Shown here piece after piece: positions 61,629-64,000 of a stretch of 64,000 nucleotides of DNA. Numbering within the stretch: the first letter of the stretch is position 1; the number at the start of each line of letters is the position of its first letter. This stretch comes from Chloroflexota bacterium (GTDB lineage Bacteria > Chloroflexota > UBA11872 > VXNJ01): NCBI GenBank assembly GCA_965261345.1, contig OZ253449.1:1408001-1472000 (forward strand). Reading direction: 5' to 3'. The translations under genes were made by a program, and so were the position numbers. The notes beneath the pieces were generated by a model. That model made no database searches and was not told the DNA's origin. It was given only the letters and a program-made list of their open reading frames with translations.

Positions 61629-62510
61629 ATGCCCAATCGCAAGATTCCGGGGGTAGACCCTTACCCGCGAAAGCGCGTTCCGGTACTAGATAGCGAGATA
61701 TCCTTCGTCGATGCTGGGGCTGGCGACCCGGTCGTATTCCTACATGGGAACGGGACTTTTTCCTACGTATGGAGAAACATAATCCCATATGCGGAGCCGA
61801 TAGGACGCTGCCTTGCTCCGGACCTGATGGGATGTGGAGATTCGGGCAAGCTCGCCGGATCGATGTACCGCATAGCTGACCAATCTAGGTACTTGGATGC
61901 CTGGTTCGAGACGATGGACCTTGGCGATCAAATAACTCTGGTCCTGCACGATTGGGGCGGGCCAATTGGGTTCGATTGGGCCCATCGGAACCAAGACAGG
62001 ATCAAGGGCATCGCCTACATGGAAACATTGGTTCTGCCGTTGGAGTGGGAAGATTGGCCCGAAATTAGACGGGACCTATTCAAGCAGTTCCGTTCACCCA
62101 TGGGCGAGGACTTAGTTCTTAACGACAACTTCTTCATCGAAACCATTCAGACGCGCATGATTCGGAATTTGCCAGAGACCGTAATGGATAGATATCGCGA
62201 ACCATATCTGGAACCAGGCGAATCTCGGCGACCCACCTTGACGTTTACCAGAGAGTGCCCTATTGGGGGAGAGCCCAGGGATGTTATTGCGATGATCAAT
62301 CGCGCCGGCCAGTGGTTGTCTACTAGTGACTTACCGAAGCTATTCCTGAACGCGTACCCAGGTTCGATCCTGACCGGACGGCAGCGAGACTTTTGCCGGA
62401 CCTGGCCCAATCAACAAGAGAAAACGATTCTGGGGATACATTACATCCAAGAGGATTCACCGTTCCAGATTGGCGAAGCAATCGCCAACTTTCTCAAATC
62501 CATGGATTGA
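61629..62510 (+). CDS. Haloalkane dehalogenase (DhaA/LinB-like)
   Basis: FLHGN, SYVWRNIIP, LHDWG (nucleophile), AYME (acid), SRRPTLT and GIHYIQEDSP (base). Confidence 0.92.
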   Translation: MPNRKIPGVDPYPRKRVPVLDSEISFVDAGAGDPVVFLHGNGTFSYVWRNIIPYAEPIGRCLAPDLMGCGDSGKLAGSMYRIADQSRYLDAWFETMDLGDQITLVLHDWGGPIGFDWAHRNQDRIKGIAYMETLVLPLEWEDWPEIRRDLFKQFRSPMGEDLVLNDNFFIETIQTRMIRNLPETVMDRYREPYLEPGESRRPTLTFTRECPIGGEPRDVIAMINRAGQWLSTSDLPKLFLNAYPGSILTGRQRDFCRTWPNQQEKTILGIHYIQEDSPFQIGEAIANFLKSMD

Positions 62511-63245
62511 AGCTGTTCTAGGGTAGCCGGACCTGCGACAACGATCCGCGCTGGTGCGCCGGCATAGTCGTTCAACCGGGATCTAGAGATTGGTTTAAGA
62601 AGGCGAAGCACTGCACTGCGACCGGTCAGAGTTTTAAGGCCATCAATTCCCGCAGGCTGATGCCCGATCGTTGGGGGCATCGCCGGTGACATGCCGGCGC
62701 TGGCAATGCGGTGCCTGACGAGAGCTGTAGGAATCCCGGGCCCGAGCCAGTTCCTGCTGTAGCCAAAGCGAGTATGCGAGAAGCAGACCTCGCCCCAGCA
62801 AGCCGTGCCCGACGGAGCGCCAAGGCCCCACGCGAGAGCGCTTTTGGCACGAGTCGGTTCATCGCTGGGCGAATCAATTCTGCGATTCGGCCGAGCCGAT
62901 CGCCTACTCTGGGCGAGCGAGATGACGAACTCGGAAATCGACGACGACGACATTTGCCAGTTAAGGAAGTCGACTCGATATCCCTAGCTTGGGTACCTTG
63001 AGTACCCACGCACGGATCGTCGCGCTCAGCGGCTTGGTCAATTGGTGCCGCGTGCGGGGCGCTGCTGCACGCCCAACTCAATGCCAGGTCGCGCTCAAAT
63101 TGAGATCGCCTCGGTGCTGGATGCCTCCGCTATTGGCGAGGCCCTAACGCCTCAGCTTCAAGCGAGCGGGAAGACCGCCGCCGGCAGCCCGGCCGCTAAT
63201 TGGATCTGGCCGCAGCGTGCTTGCGGTCAAGACCCTGCGGCCAGG

Positions 63246-64000
63246 TCACCCAAAAACCGTATCCTGCCGGCCCGGGATCGCCAGGTTCTGGATCCGCCGG
63301 TCTTGGGCGGCCCCGGTTTCGGCGGATCCAAAGCCGGTTACGGCGAAAAAGCGGCCCAAGTATTCTGCCAACGCGTCCTGCTCGGTTCCGGGATTTGCGA
63401 ATCTGGCAAACCCAGGGCTCACCAGGACTGCTCGGTCGATGACCATATTGCCGTTGGTATCGGGAAATTGCGGCACCGGCGCATTCGGCTGGATTGCCTC
63501 GCCCGACAGATCAACGCGGCCGGGCGCGGGGCGCGGGAACGGATAGCCGTCGCCGCCGTTGGCCAAAAAATTGAGCGTGACCAGCTTGATCGCTCGCGCC
63601 GGATCACCGACCAGGTTGCCCGACTCCACCAGGCGGTCGACCACTTTTCCGGAGATGTCTACGACCGCGAGCGATCGGATCCGGCCCCCGGGCGCCAGGT
63701 TGGGGTCGAAACTGAACCGGATCCCGCCAACCTGCGGGAACTGCCCGGCGGCAACCAGCCCTACTCCATCGAACCCGATTGCGTGCTCGAGGATTTCAAC
63801 CAGCTGCCGGGCGGTTACGGGCACGATGACCAGCCCGTTGTTGAACCGCAGGGTGCTTTCGATGTGAAACTGCGAAACATCCCCTGGCCTGGTCCCGGCT
63901 TGGCGATTGGCCGGTGGCGCGAAAAACTCAACCAGGTCCGGGTCGATCGTTCCGGGCGGCTGGACGACCATTCCGATTTCGCCGCGGATTCCACCGGCGT
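63246..64000 (-). CDS. 5'-nucleotidase family protein, C-terminal part (starts beyond the window)
   Basis: GGIRGEIG at the window edge, LRFNNGL, ILEH, GQFPQVGGIRFSFD and FLANGGDGYPF motifs. Confidence 0.85.
   Translation of the reverse strand, partial: AGGIRGEIGMVVQPPGTIDPDLVEFFAPPANRQAGTRPGDVSQFHIESTLRFNNGLVIVPVTARQLVEILEHAIGFDGVGLVAAGQFPQVGGIRFSFDPNLAPGGRIRSLAVVDISGKVVDRLVESGNLVGDPARAIKLVTLNFLANGGDGYPFPRPAPGRVDLSGEAIQPNAPVPQFPDTNGNMVIDRAVLVSPGFARFANPGTEQDALAEYLGRFFAVTGFGSAETGAAQDRRIQNLAIPGRQDTVFG

Noticed and set aside
62511-63245. Long spacer with short ORFs between convergent genes
   Set aside because: No motif, RNA structure or repeat that I could support.

Overview
High-GC bacterial chromosome segment, probably from a Chloroflexota lineage. 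This is inferred from a Chloroflexi-type surface domain, a SWIM protein of a type I associate with Chloroflexi, and Dehalococcoidia-like recombinase remnants; the cadherin/FN3/NHL repeats and catabolic enzymes suggest a possible marine host symbiont. The window has three parts. (1) 1-34845 is accessory: MlrC peptidase, a disrupted giant FN3/cadherin adhesin, a DUF1800-DUF1501-NHL operon, amidase, sulfatase, a Rieske-fusion protein, SDRs, GNATs and an LLM oxidoreductase. It also holds an IS1202-like element inserted next to a VapBC operator (toxin has a nonsense codon), serine-recombinase remnants and a phosphotriesterase split by an IS21 element, and ends at tRNA-Ala(CGC). (2) 34846-54991 is intact core: rpmA, rplU, nadA, a sigma-70 factor, sufR-like/iscS/iscA/moaA, rplY, rpsP-khpA-trmD, groEL, murD, tmRNA, clpX-clpP-tig and tRNA-Gly. 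(3) 55000-64000 is a second variable region: putP pseudogene, YgjP-like protein, an IS1182-like element frameshifted by a 22-bp duplication, an esterase, a haloalkane dehalogenase and a partial 5'-nucleotidase. No CRISPR array, rRNA or prophage was seen. All family assignments come from motif recognition by eye, not database searches.
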